From assembly GCA_964354855.1 (NCBI GenBank), contig CAYHBO010000001.1, positions 31,045-95,044 of the forward strand: DNA of 64,000 nt, read 5' to 3'. Source of the stretch: an uncultured Pseudomonadota bacterium. Lineage in GTDB: Bacteria; Babelota; Babeliae; Babelales; RVW-14. This document shows, in pieces, positions 9,665-19,432 of this stretch; the first letter of the stretch is position 1; every line of letters starts with the position of its first letter. A program made the position numbers and the translations under genes. The notes under the pieces were generated by a model that saw only the letters and a list, made by a program, of their open reading frames with translations, ran no database searches and was not told the origin of the DNA.

Positions 9665-10975
9665 CTAGAACGTTGCTGTTTCTAAATTGCCAATTGCATG
9701 GGTAAAGTTTGCAAAAGAAGATTGAAGATTCTTTTTATTAAGATCATAAAGAAGGCCGCATGTATCAAGAACAACTTTTCCTTCAAGAACTTCCTGAGAA
9801 AGTGACATAAAAACTTTATGTTTTACTAAAACAAGAATGATATCGGCATCAAGCATAACACGTTGCAATTTGGTGGTAAAAGAAACCTCAAACTTTGCCA
9901 ATTCACTCAAATCTATATGCGGATCATACGCAACAAAATTCAACTGATCCTGTTTCTTAGTTAGTGCTTGTGAGATCATAAGCGCAGGAGACTGTCTAAA
10001 ATCATTTACATCTGGTTTGAACGTAAGCCCGAGAGCCAAGACTGTTGGCTTATCTTTACCAAGCGTCTTCATTCTTTGTACTTGATCCATCACCTGCTGA
10101 ATAACCTGGTGTGGCTTTTGATCATTAATATCACGCGCTTTACGTAACAACTCAGTTTGCTCAGGGAAATCATTAATCAAAAACCATGGATCAACAGCAA
10201 TACAATGACCACCAACCCCACAACTTGGAGATAAAATATTAACACGAGGATGCTTATTGGCGAGTTCAATAACTTGGTATGGATCAAGCCCCGCAGCATC
10301 ACACAGCGCGGCTACTTGGTTAGCAAACGCAATTTGCACATCACGATTACTATTTTCAATCAACTTAATTGCTTCAGCGGTCTTTGCATCGGTTATATGC
10401 AGAATGCCTTTAACAAATTTTGTATAAAATGCTAACGCCATCTCAGATGATTTGTGACAAACGCCACCAAGAACACGCGCATTACTAATCAGTTCATCAA
10501 AAATTTTACCAGGCAGAACACGCTCAGGACAATGAGCTACAAAGAAGTCTCGACTACATTTTAACCCGGAAAATTCCTCAAGTAAGGCCGCAACTTTTTC
10601 AGTCGTACCCATAGGAACGGTTGACTCAATAATCACCAAGTTACCCGGCATTAATCGCTTTGCAATCTCTTTTGATGCGTCAAAGACATGGTCAAGAACT
10701 GCTTTTTTTTGTTTATTAAAAGGAGTTTGTACGGCGATAATAAAACAGTCGGCATACTCTAAAGTAGACCCAACTTTAAATTTTTTCTTTTTAAGCGCTT
10801 TATCAAGACGCTCATTAATTTCATCTTCTTGGATATCTACGGAAGCGCTGTTGATTTTATTGATCTTGTTAATATCAATATCAAATCCAAAAACATCGTA
10901 GCCAGACTCGGCAGCTACTATTGCAGTTGGGATTCCGATGTACCCAAGTCCCAAAATAGAAACGCGCTTCATCAA
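9665..10975 (-). CDS. wecC: UDP-N-acetyl-D-mannosamine dehydrogenase-like nucleotide-sugar dehydrogenase
   Basis: VSILGLGYIGIPTA Rossmann motif, catalytic GVGGHCI, and adjacency to wecB. Confidence 0.8.
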   Translation of the reverse strand: MMKRVSILGLGYIGIPTAIVAAESGYDVFGFDIDINKINKINSASVDIQEDEINERLDKALKKKKFKVGSTLEYADCFIIAVQTPFNKQKKAVLDHVFDASKEIAKRLMPGNLVIIESTVPMGTTEKVAALLEEFSGLKCSRDFFVAHCPERVLPGKIFDELISNARVLGGVCHKSSEMALAFYTKFVKGILHITDAKTAEAIKLIENSNRDVQIAFANQVAALCDAAGLDPYQVIELANKHPRVNILSPSCGVGGHCIAVDPWFLINDFPEQTELLRKARDINDQKPHQVIQQVMDQVQRMKTLGKDKPTVLALGLTFKPDVNDFRQSPALMISQALTKKQDQLNFVAYDPHIDLSELAKFEVSFTTKLQRVMLDADIILVLVKHKVFMSLSQEVLEGKVVLDTCGLLYDLNKKNLQSSFANFTHAIGNLETATF

Positions 10976-11029
10976 ATTATCTCCGCTTCGTCTTTTAAGT
11001 TTTTAATACAGGGTACAGAGTAACAGAAT

Positions 11030-12202
11030 TTATATAACGTGCAATTGAGATGTACTTTGAGTAACAAATTTTTTTTCCATCAAATTCTGCTTAATTACCC
11101 CGATGATTTTTTTACCCGCCTGACCATCGCCATAAATGCCATTAAGTACGATTGATGCTGATAAATGAGCATTATAAAAGTCATGCATCGCCCTCAATAA
11201 AAATCCTTCATTAGTCCCGGCAAGCACCCCAAATCCTTCCAAAACCCCCTCAGTACGTTCGGTAGTATCCCGTAAAATGATCACCTTCTTGCCCAGGCTA
11301 ATTGCCTCCTCCTGGATCCCCCCTGAGTCAGTCATTACCCAATGCGCATTTATTAAAAGATACACAAGGTCAGGGTACGCAGTCGGTGGAGCAAAAATAA
11401 TATTTGAAACATTATGAAGTGAAGTCTCTTGGATTGCTTTATGAACGTTTGAATTTGGGTGCACGGGAAAATAAATCAACACATCAGAATGTTCAAGTGC
11501 AAATTTTTTGATACTCGAAAAAATTCTTATTAAGCCACCATCAAAAGATTCACGTCGATGAGCCGTCAATAAGATAAGTTTTTTCTGTTGGTTTTGTGCT
11601 TGTACAACCATGCCCTGTACGAAAGGATCAATATTAATCAGTTTTTCTTCAATTTTTTTCTTAATCACCAATAATGCATCAACAACCGTATTCCCCGTAT
11701 AAAAAATCTTATCCCGTGGGATTCGTTCAGCTAACAGGTTGGCAACATTTAAATTCGTTGCAGCAAAATGATAGTCAGCAACCATCGAAATAAAACAACG
11801 ATATGCTTCCTCAGGAAAGGGCGCTTGCATATTACCAGTGCGCAACCCGGCTTCAACATGCCCGATTAACACTTTAAAATAATAAGCAGCCAATACCGTA
11901 GCAAAGGCGGTTGCCGTATCACCCTGAATCAACACCAGATGTGGTTTTTTATCATGAATCACATCACGCATTTTTTCTAAAATAGTCGCGGTAAGATAAG
12001 CAAGGTCCTGATCTTTACGCATCACATCAAGGCGAATATCGGGAATTACCCCAAACAAATCAAAAACTTGTTGTAAAAGTTCATCATGTTGAAAGGTCGC
12101 ACACAATAAAACCTTAAAATGTTCTTTTTTTAATGCTTGATAAAGAGGGATGAGTTTAATGGCATCGGGACGCGTCCCGACAACAACAAGGATCGTTTTC
12201 AT
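11030..12202 (-). CDS. wecB: UDP-N-acetylglucosamine 2-epimerase (non-hydrolysing)
   Basis: VVGTRPDAIKLIPL, QGDTATAFA, HVEAGLRT, TDSGGIQEEA. Confidence 0.9.
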   Translation of the reverse strand: MKTILVVVGTRPDAIKLIPLYQALKKEHFKVLLCATFQHDELLQQVFDLFGVIPDIRLDVMRKDQDLAYLTATILEKMRDVIHDKKPHLVLIQGDTATAFATVLAAYYFKVLIGHVEAGLRTGNMQAPFPEEAYRCFISMVADYHFAATNLNVANLLAERIPRDKIFYTGNTVVDALLVIKKKIEEKLINIDPFVQGMVVQAQNQQKKLILLTAHRRESFDGGLIRIFSSIKKFALEHSDVLIYFPVHPNSNVHKAIQETSLHNVSNIIFAPPTAYPDLVYLLINAHWVMTDSGGIQEEAISLGKKVIILRDTTERTEGVLEGFGVLAGTNEGFLLRAMHDFYNAHLSASIVLNGIYGDGQAGKKIIGVIKQNLMEKKFVTQSTSQLHVI

Positions 12203-13101
12203 GGAAAAGAAATAAAAGCTTTACCTAAAAGCTCTTCTTGAAACGATTGTCCAAAGGAGGTACGTTTTTCGAGTTGCAATGTCTTTTCAATATCGCCATA
12301 ACGTTCTTCAAGACTTAAGATTCGACCATCCTCTTTTGCAATAAGCTTAATTACTACATACTTATTGTTAACTTCAATCGGAGGCGTCACGGCTCCGATT
12401 GTAAGCTTAGTAGCCGCAGCATAGCGAGGATCAAGCTCATCTACATCAACAAACCCAAAATCTTTCCAGGTAAGTTTATCTTGAGCGAGAAGAGACTTGT
12501 AGTTATCAACATCTTCACGATCAAGTACGCCCATACTCAAATGAAATTTTTCTTTTATGGTTGCAGGATTCTGTTGGTAATAATCTTCAACTTCTTGCGA
12601 AGTAATCAAAACTTTTTCGCTAATTTCAGCCTGCTTGGCATTATTTACCGCCAAAAGCCTGCCCAGTTGTTTTCGGTAACTTGCCAAGGTAAAGCCATAC
12701 TCTTTAAGATGTTCTTCAAATTGTTCATTAGAAGCGGTATTAAGATTAAGTTGCATTTTAAAAGACACAATCTGACGATCTATGTCAGTCGATGTTGGTA
12801 ATAGATGTTTCTCATGTGCCCGTTGAAAAAGTAACTCTTCACCAATAAACTCATTAAGGGTATAAAATCCACCTTCTTTGCCAACCTGAGGCCTTTCCAG
12901 GTCTGACTTCAACACATTCGCTCCGTTAACACGCGCAATAATTTTATCAATAACCCATTTTGTACCAACACGAACAGCTTTTTTTGGTTCGACTGGTTCA
13001 GTAGCTATTACAGGAGATGCGTTCAACACAAAACCTGTCAACATCATACCAGCAACAATATTTACTAAATTCTTCTTTTTCATATGGCTTCCTATCCTCA
13101 A
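12199..13101 (-). CDS. SurA/PrsA-like periplasmic chaperone
   Basis: Signal peptide, then a SurA N-domain-like IIARVNGANVLKSDLE. The C-terminal segment is parvulin-like but degenerate. Confidence 0.5.
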   Translation of the reverse strand: MRIGSHMKKKNLVNIVAGMMLTGFVLNASPVIATEPVEPKKAVRVGTKWVIDKIIARVNGANVLKSDLERPQVGKEGGFYTLNEFIGEELLFQRAHEKHLLPTSTDIDRQIVSFKMQLNLNTASNEQFEEHLKEYGFTLASYRKQLGRLLAVNNAKQAEISEKVLITSQEVEDYYQQNPATIKEKFHLSMGVLDREDVDNYKSLLAQDKLTWKDFGFVDVDELDPRYAAATKLTIGAVTPPIEVNNKYVVIKLIAKEDGRILSLEERYGDIEKTLQLEKRTSFGQSFQEELLGKAFISFP

Positions 13102-13229
13102 TGTAAAAATATGCCCTTTCGTTATACCAATCTTTTAAGTATCTCTCAAGATCATTGAATTCTAACAGCCAAAAAACTATGTTGAGTATTATTTCAAACG
13201 ATACCTATGGTGTTATTTTAAGGAGTCAT

Positions 13230-15254
13230 ATGAAATCACTCAGCTTTTTTTGTAAATTTATTACCGGGGTTATCTTATCTTTAGGGATCATTATTTCTGA
13301 AACTATACACGCCCAAGAAATAAGAATTATTTCTTCTAATATTTTAGGTGAAGATGCTTATAAGAAATTTGTAAAGTGCGAAAAAATGGACTTTACAAAA
13401 CGCGCAAAAGCTTTTACAGCCTTCTTAAAAACCCAAGGGCCTGACGTTATGTGCTTACAAGAAGCAGATGCTTCATGGGCTACTGAACTACAAAAAATAA
13501 CTGACTACACCTTCCATTGTAACCAAAGCTCATATCTTGCCATCTTATTTAATCCTAAAAAATTAATTTTGATAGAAACAATTACTGACATTCAACATGA
13601 AAACCAAAGCAAAGGTATTCAAGCTTATCGATTTAAAACCATGACAGGACAAGAATTCGTTGTGATAAATATTCATGCATTGTTTAAGCCTGCAGCTCAA
13701 ACGTATGAATATGATCACCAAAAAACCTTAACCCCTCTAACAAACATTCCCGTCTTCGCCATGGGTGATTTAAATACAGGGTCAACTAATAATGCCACGT
13801 TCTTTCCAACACTATTCAAAGATTTTCAAGAACTTACAAAAGAAATTACCGTTACTTCACGAAATGTTAACACTAATCAGCCAGAAAAACTTGATTACAT
13901 CTATGGCCGCAACATTGATAAACTTGGCATAATAGACTCTGTATGTACCGTTCCCTCTTGCAGTAAAAATAATGTTAAATTACTTTTACCACACGTCGCC
14001 AGCAAAGCATTTAATACAGCTGACGAAAACAATTTCTACTCAGATCATGCCGCCGTTATAGTAACTATTACTCTCCCGGAAAAAGAACCTACCTATAGCC
14101 ATCCTACAATACTTGGAATTGTAGAATGGGACACTGATGGATTCTTAATTTTGAAAAAAGATAATGGAACGATAGTTAGGGTTGCACCTAATTCAAAAAA
14201 TCCTATACAGGTTTACATCATCGACAGATCCAAGCCGGGACAAGAAAATTTTGGGTTTAAGAAAGACGATAAAGTGGCTCGCGATTACTCCACAACAACG
14301 CTCACGCCTCCACCAGCAAACATTCCGGGCAAAGCCACCGTCAACGAACTTTCCAAACTCAAAGGATCTCTAGAACAAGTCGGCGAAACCATTAAGTTCT
14401 TACAAAAAAAATTAAAAAACTTACAAAAAACAATCCCACAAGCACCATCGCAACAAAAAGAACCTCAATTAAATACAACAGACAATGTTTACATCACGCT
14501 TGTACAAGGCGCCGATCTTCCATACCAACGCTTTGTAAATTGGCAAAAATCAGCAACAGTAAACCCTGCAAATTCAAGTTTAAATTCTGGAGGACTCGGA
14601 GAAGGTGCTTTTATTGAAGCAGCAACCGGCAATAGCGCTTGGGGAGATTTACTTAAAAAAAATAGAACATACTGGGAAGGTAAGGGTTGGACATCTGGCG
14701 ATAAGGCAAAAGGAAATGCCGTTATTTCTGATGCTGGCAACTTATGCACAGCGCAACTTATGAATTATATCATTCATGCCGTAGGGCCCTGTTTAGGTAA
14801 AACAGAGGGTAGAAAGCTCATATTAAAAGAAACGTACGAAAGTATTTTGGCGTTTGCCGACATGAAGCCATCAGATGATCTTGTTAAAATCGGACTTGGA
14901 GATAAAAATAATTACAAAGGCCTTGAGGCTGTTGCGATAAGCCTCGCTGGACTAGGCTCATGGGTGGGGGACCAAGGATTAGGAGTTGAAAGCAAACTTG
15001 TTATTGGCTATGTCCTCGATTACCTTAAAGCTTATCCAACATCACAACTCAAAGAGGTTCGATTTATTACCTACTCTAAAGAAGAATACGATATTTTTAA
15101 GACAGCACTTACATCTTTTGTCTCCCAAAATCGCCTCAAAATAGCAAACAACATTCCCTCTAATTTATTAACTACACTAAATCAAAGTTGCGTAAAAAAT
15201 CCAACAGGATATAAATCAAAAAATACCCCTTTAATTTTCACACTAATACGATAA
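13230..15254 (+). CDS. secreted endonuclease/exonuclease/phosphatase (EEP) domain - macrodomain fusion protein
   Basis: AAGGAG RBS precedes the ATG at 13230. EEP motifs: DVMCLQEAD, GDLN, YSDHAAVIV. Macro motifs at about 14487-15120: VNPANSSLNSGGLGEGAFIEAATG, YIIHAVGP, VRFITYSKEEYDIF. Confidence 0.8.
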   Translation: MKSLSFFCKFITGVILSLGIIISETIHAQEIRIISSNILGEDAYKKFVKCEKMDFTKRAKAFTAFLKTQGPDVMCLQEADASWATELQKITDYTFHCNQSSYLAILFNPKKLILIETITDIQHENQSKGIQAYRFKTMTGQEFVVINIHALFKPAAQTYEYDHQKTLTPLTNIPVFAMGDLNTGSTNNATFFPTLFKDFQELTKEITVTSRNVNTNQPEKLDYIYGRNIDKLGIIDSVCTVPSCSKNNVKLLLPHVASKAFNTADENNFYSDHAAVIVTITLPEKEPTYSHPTILGIVEWDTDGFLILKKDNGTIVRVAPNSKNPIQVYIIDRSKPGQENFGFKKDDKVARDYSTTTLTPPPANIPGKATVNELSKLKGSLEQVGETIKFLQKKLKNLQKTIPQAPSQQKEPQLNTTDNVYITLVQGADLPYQRFVNWQKSATVNPANSSLNSGGLGEGAFIEAATGNSAWGDLLKKNRTYWEGKGWTSGDKAKGNAVISDAGNLCTAQLMNYIIHAVGPCLGKTEGRKLILKETYESILAFADMKPSDDLVKIGLGDKNNYKGLEAVAISLAGLGSWVGDQGLGVESKLVIGYVLDYLKAYPTSQLKEVRFITYSKEEYDIFKTALTSFVSQNRLKIANNIPSNLLTTLNQSCVKNPTGYKSKNTPLIFTLIR

Positions 15255-15313
15255 TCACTTTGCAATAATTACGATGTACGCTAAGCTTTCTACCAAAAGT
15301 AACGGAGTAGGAA

Positions 15314-16426
15314 ATGAAGCGTACATCGATATTATTACTCTTAGTGCCCAATAATTTTTGGCGCATTTTTACCGTATCATTTGATCTTATAAGACGTCAT
15401 CCTCGCGAAAGCGGGGATCCAGGGCTTACTTCTTTTTTAATTCTTTTTTTTGAATTACTTTTTATTAAAAAGACCTGGATCCACGCTTTCGCGAGGATGA
15501 CGTGCGGATTACTTATCTGCTTCTTCAATCAACAGATTTTTTGCAAAGAAAAAGAAACAGTACAAGAAATAATCGACACCCACAAAAAAACACTTTTTCA
15601 AACATATCCAACCAAAACAGAGCAACAGCAATTTACCAATGACCTTGTTGAGCAATCGTTCTCAGGCAAACAAGCAGATCTCTTTTTAAAAATGCATAGC
15701 GATAAAACTCAACACGAATCACTCCAATTTTTGTACACAACCATGTGGTCAGTGCTTGCTGAACATGGCTGGTGTACGTGGGATAGCTCCTGCCTCAAAG
15801 CACTCAAACAAGAACATGATTCTGGAAAAACGATTGTATACATCGGCGGGGGCTGTGATATTTACGAGCTCATCACCAATGGCATCTACAACATCATCGT
15901 CATAGACCCCATTTTACCAACCCAAAAAAATTATTACCCTGATGATTATCTTTATTTAATCCAAGGTTCAGGCCCTGATCATGGCCTGAATGATCAAATC
16001 ACCGGGCTTGCCGGCAACAAAAGGCTTACACTTAAGCGTAGCGGGTTTGAAAGTATGCCTGACTACATAAGCTTTAGCTTACCATCCGGGCAACAACGCT
16101 GTACTCAAGTATCAAAAACAACCTGGACCGTTCTTGATAAAAAACAACATCCGATTGGCACCATTATCTTTGATCGTAGATTTACCACACAAAAAGATTT
16201 TGAATTAGCACCAGACAGAGTGCTATTGTTTTCATGGAACGAGCTATTTTTTGTGATCAATGGTGAATGGGGGATCAAAACAAATCAATTTCAAGATGAC
16301 ATCACGCTTTTTATCAAGCAGCTCAGAAAGCCCATTACCAAAGAAATGATCGATAACATGCATCACGCCCATGAACTTAATCGTTCGAAGTTCAAATTTA
16401 TTGGCCTAGGAAGTCATGTTGTTTAA
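15314..16426 (+). CDS. paralog 1 of a triplicated secreted family (GG-x-D-[IV]-Y / IDP-x-LP-[TS]-Q domain)
   Basis: The roughly 230-aa C-terminal domain aligns with the next two ORFs (TIVYIGGGCDIYELITNGIYNIIVIDPILPTQKNYY, FDRRFTTQKDF, IKQLRKP). A full PE1 element lies in frame in the N-terminus. Confidence 0.6.
   Translation: MKRTSILLLLVPNNFWRIFTVSFDLIRRHPRESGDPGLTSFLILFFELLFIKKTWIHAFARMTCGLLICFFNQQIFCKEKETVQEIIDTHKKTLFQTYPTKTEQQQFTNDLVEQSFSGKQADLFLKMHSDKTQHESLQFLYTTMWSVLAEHGWCTWDSSCLKALKQEHDSGKTIVYIGGGCDIYELITNGIYNIIVIDPILPTQKNYYPDDYLYLIQGSGPDHGLNDQITGLAGNKRLTLKRSGFESMPDYISFSLPSGQQRCTQVSKTTWTVLDKKQHPIGTIIFDRRFTTQKDFELAPDRVLLFSWNELFFVINGEWGIKTNQFQDDITLFIKQLRKPITKEMIDNMHHAHELNRSKFKFIGLGSHVV
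15394..15503 (+). repeat. PE1 palindromic element, full copy (inside CDS)
   Basis: ACGTCATCCTCGCGAAAGCGGGGATCCAG ... CTGGATCCACGCTTTCGCGAGGATGACGT with an AT-rich spacer. Confidence 0.9.
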
Positions 16427-16457
16427 AGAAAAATTAATTTTATTCAGGAATACTTAC

Positions 16458-17840
16458 ATGCTTAAAAAGTTAAATTACTTATTGCAGACATTGCAACGCC
16501 TTACGTCATCCCAGCCTTCGCTGGGATCCAGGTCTACTCTACTACTGCTTCTTCTGACTACTTTTCTTACCTCTCATGCCACCCCCGTTATAAAAAACGG
16601 ACCCAATGTATTTGAAAAATGGGTAACGAAACAAACGATCCTAACTGATCGATCTCCAACCGAAATGGCCGCACTCCTCAACGATCACTACTTAACTCAA
16701 TTTCGTGCTTACTACGAAAGTAATTTTGCACTACTAAAACCATTAACTGGATTTTTAAATAGGTTAACCGCAGAGCAAATTAACCAGCATGGATACCGAT
16801 TTGAATCAATATTACCAGCGCCTATGACATCAACTTTAACCTCTTTATACGATCAACTTGAACACAATCAACAAGCATTTGTTAATACCTTAAAGCACCT
16901 CCAATTTTCATCTCCTATGATTAATCACATTGAAGAATCGTGTAAATATGACTTCACCGTTGAAAAATATAAAATGCTGTCACGGTTGCTTTTCAAACAA
17001 GAAAACCGATTTAAAGAAGACGAGTTTCTTCTTGGGATGGCCAATAGAATTTTTGAATACTGTTTTCAAGAAGTCTCTTTTCCCCACTACCAAGCATTAC
17101 TTAATAATCAAAGTGATTATCCCCTCGTACGATTTTTACACAGCACTCTATGGTACAACTTAGTTGGCAGCAACTGGCTCAACTGGCATAAAAATAGCTT
17201 AGAATTAATAGAACAGTCAGCCGATGCAGGCAATAGAATTATGTACCCAGCAGGCGGAACCGATGTATACATGCTCCTACAAAACGGCGTATACAATATC
17301 ACCATTGTTGATCCATTTTTACCAACACAAAAAGATTACTACACAGAAGGGTGGGATTGGTTAGTAAGAAGCAATACTCAAGATGGTGGCATCAATGATG
17401 AAATCAACTTTAATCCACCATACCGGCACCTTACATTAAAGCGAACCGCTTTTACCGAAGGCGATTCATTTTATGCTAAACTTTCTACCGGCGATGCCGT
17501 AATGATCAAAAAAAGCACCACCACCTGGACTGTTCTTGATGGTAGCACCAATGCAACGCTTGGTTCCATCATTATTGATCGACGTTTCACAAACCAACAC
17601 GATTTCACCGTTAAGAATAATCCCATTGTTATGTCATACGATGAACTTGTATGTGCCATATCTCCAGAGATGCTGAGTGGCTGGGGCATCGACCCTGACC
17701 TAATACATGATGATCAAGTCATCATCGTTAAGCAATTACGTAAACCGGTTCCCAAAAAAATACTGCAAAACTTGCGCATTGCAATTGCAATGAATGCCGT
17801 AAATATGAAGTTTATTAGTTTTGCATCAGATCCAACATAA
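16458..17840 (+). CDS. paralog 2 of the triplicated secreted family
   Basis: RIMYPAGGTDVYMLLQNGVYNITIVDPFLPTQKDYY, IDRRFTNQHDF, VKQLRKP. A solo PE1 arm lies in the leader (RLTSSQPSLGSRS). The start could be 16416. Confidence 0.6.
   Translation: MLKKLNYLLQTLQRLTSSQPSLGSRSTLLLLLLTTFLTSHATPVIKNGPNVFEKWVTKQTILTDRSPTEMAALLNDHYLTQFRAYYESNFALLKPLTGFLNRLTAEQINQHGYRFESILPAPMTSTLTSLYDQLEHNQQAFVNTLKHLQFSSPMINHIEESCKYDFTVEKYKMLSRLLFKQENRFKEDEFLLGMANRIFEYCFQEVSFPHYQALLNNQSDYPLVRFLHSTLWYNLVGSNWLNWHKNSLELIEQSADAGNRIMYPAGGTDVYMLLQNGVYNITIVDPFLPTQKDYYTEGWDWLVRSNTQDGGINDEINFNPPYRHLTLKRTAFTEGDSFYAKLSTGDAVMIKKSTTTWTVLDGSTNATLGSIIIDRRFTNQHDFTVKNNPIVMSYDELVCAISPEMLSGWGIDPDLIHDDQVIIVKQLRKPVPKKILQNLRIAIAMNAVNMKFISFASDPT
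16503..16532 (+). repeat. PE1 solo arm (variant hairpin CCCAGCcttcGCTGGG), inside CDS
   Basis: ACGTCATCCCAGCCTTCGCTGGGATCCAGG. Confidence 0.75.
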
Positions 17841-17850
17841 GGAGCGCGCC

Positions 17851-19365
17851 ATGATATTTTTTTTAACTATTTTTTTGGCATTATTATTTTTTATGCTGTT
17901 ACTTTTTACCTCTAAGTCATCCTCGCGCATGCGGGGATCCAGTCTTTTTCTTAAAAATAAGCAGCTTTTAACAAAGAAGGCATGTATCCCCGCATGCGCG
18001 AGGATGACGTCACAAGAACCTCATTGGCTTCTCTCAACCACAAAGAAAATAACATTAAACGTTCTTTTAATTCTACTTATCATCCCCTCCATCAACGCCA
18101 TCGAAGCAAAACGCGCCTCCGATGTCTTTAAAAAATGGCTTACCTGGCAAGAGTGCTTTACCCCAGTAAACCTTGCTGACGAACAAGAAAAACTTGCTCA
18201 ACAATTTTCAAAGAACTTTAAAACTGTTTATGAACAATACCTTCCGCTCCTTCGCACTTACCACACGCCATTTTTGCAAAAACTTACTGATAGCCAAGTA
18301 AGCGAAGCTGGACATCAGATCACTGATTTAAGACATGAAAATATTCGATCAACATTAACCAAACTCTACGTGGCGGCACAAAACGATATGCCAACATTTA
18401 TCAACATGCTCAATAATTTATCATTCAACGAACATTCTCTAAGTATTCCTCAAGCATTTACACAAGATGTCATTGATAACAGCTTACGAACCAATGCCGC
18501 TCTATGTTCTTGTATCTTTGGTCAAGACAACCAACACAGCTCAGTTAACACGCTAAAAGACACTGCTATCCTTTTTGAAGTTGCCAACAAGTTTGCTAAT
18601 TTTTGTTTTGAGCCTAAAACATTCCCCCTATTTCAAGAAATGTTACTCCAAAAAAAATACCGCGCTACCGCACAGTTCCTCTTTTCAACCATGCATCAAC
18701 GCTTTTCAGGTTCAGGCTGGCACAATTGGAGTACACAATGTTTAAGCGATCTCAAAACAGCATCAGAAGAAGGAAAAACAGTTGTTTATGTCGCAGGAGG
18801 GAGTGATATTTATCAACTCATCACTCATGGCATTTACAACATTAAAGTGATTGATCCTCAGTTGCCATCACAACCACAATACTATGCTGATGAGTGGGCA
18901 TGGATTATAAAAGGCGACATTGGAGATCAAATTGTTTTTGACACACAGAACATCATCATGACGAGAACAAGTTATCAAGAAGAGAATAAGTCATTCATAG
19001 CTCGATTAGAAGATGGACAAGAAGCAAGTATTAACCCAAGTAAAACAGTCTGGTTTATTGCTAATATCGATGGGAAAAAGCTTGGATCATATACATTAGA
19101 ACGTCGTTTTGTGAGACAAGAAGATTTTAAAGAAGCGCCCGATCAGGCGCTTCTTATGTCATTTAATGAACTCTTTTTTATCGCATTGCCTGATGTATTG
19201 CAAGGCTGGCATATCGAACCGAGTAAATTTACTGATGATCTTAACATTTTCATCAAACAGCTTCACGAGCCAGTCACTAAGGCAGAAGTGTGTAATATGC
19301 GCAATGCAAGCTTATTGAATGCAACAGATTTTAAGTTTATCCCACTAGGCTGCAGAATTAATTAA
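17851..19365 (+). CDS. paralog 3 of the triplicated secreted family
   Basis: AAGGAG RBS. TVVYVAGGSDIYQLITHGIYNIKVIDPQLPSQPQYY, LERRFVRQEDF, IKQLHEP. A PE1 element lies in frame between two hydrophobic segments. Confidence 0.6.
   Translation: MIFFLTIFLALLFFMLLLFTSKSSSRMRGSSLFLKNKQLLTKKACIPACARMTSQEPHWLLSTTKKITLNVLLILLIIPSINAIEAKRASDVFKKWLTWQECFTPVNLADEQEKLAQQFSKNFKTVYEQYLPLLRTYHTPFLQKLTDSQVSEAGHQITDLRHENIRSTLTKLYVAAQNDMPTFINMLNNLSFNEHSLSIPQAFTQDVIDNSLRTNAALCSCIFGQDNQHSSVNTLKDTAILFEVANKFANFCFEPKTFPLFQEMLLQKKYRATAQFLFSTMHQRFSGSGWHNWSTQCLSDLKTASEEGKTVVYVAGGSDIYQLITHGIYNIKVIDPQLPSQPQYYADEWAWIIKGDIGDQIVFDTQNIIMTRTSYQEENKSFIARLEDGQEASINPSKTVWFIANIDGKKLGSYTLERRFVRQEDFKEAPDQALLMSFNELFFIALPDVLQGWHIEPSKFTDDLNIFIKQLHEPVTKAEVCNMRNASLLNATDFKFIPLGCRIN
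17914..18010 (+). repeat. PE1 element, diverged full copy (inside CDS)
   Basis: AAGTCATCCTCGCGCATGCGGGGATCCAG ... ATCCCCGCATGCGCGAGGATGACGT. Confidence 0.85.
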
Positions 19366-19432
19366 TTAAAAGAGACTCGTTTTTTCACCAAGCCTCTTTT
19401 ATAAACTTAATGCAATATTTTTATCTTAATTC

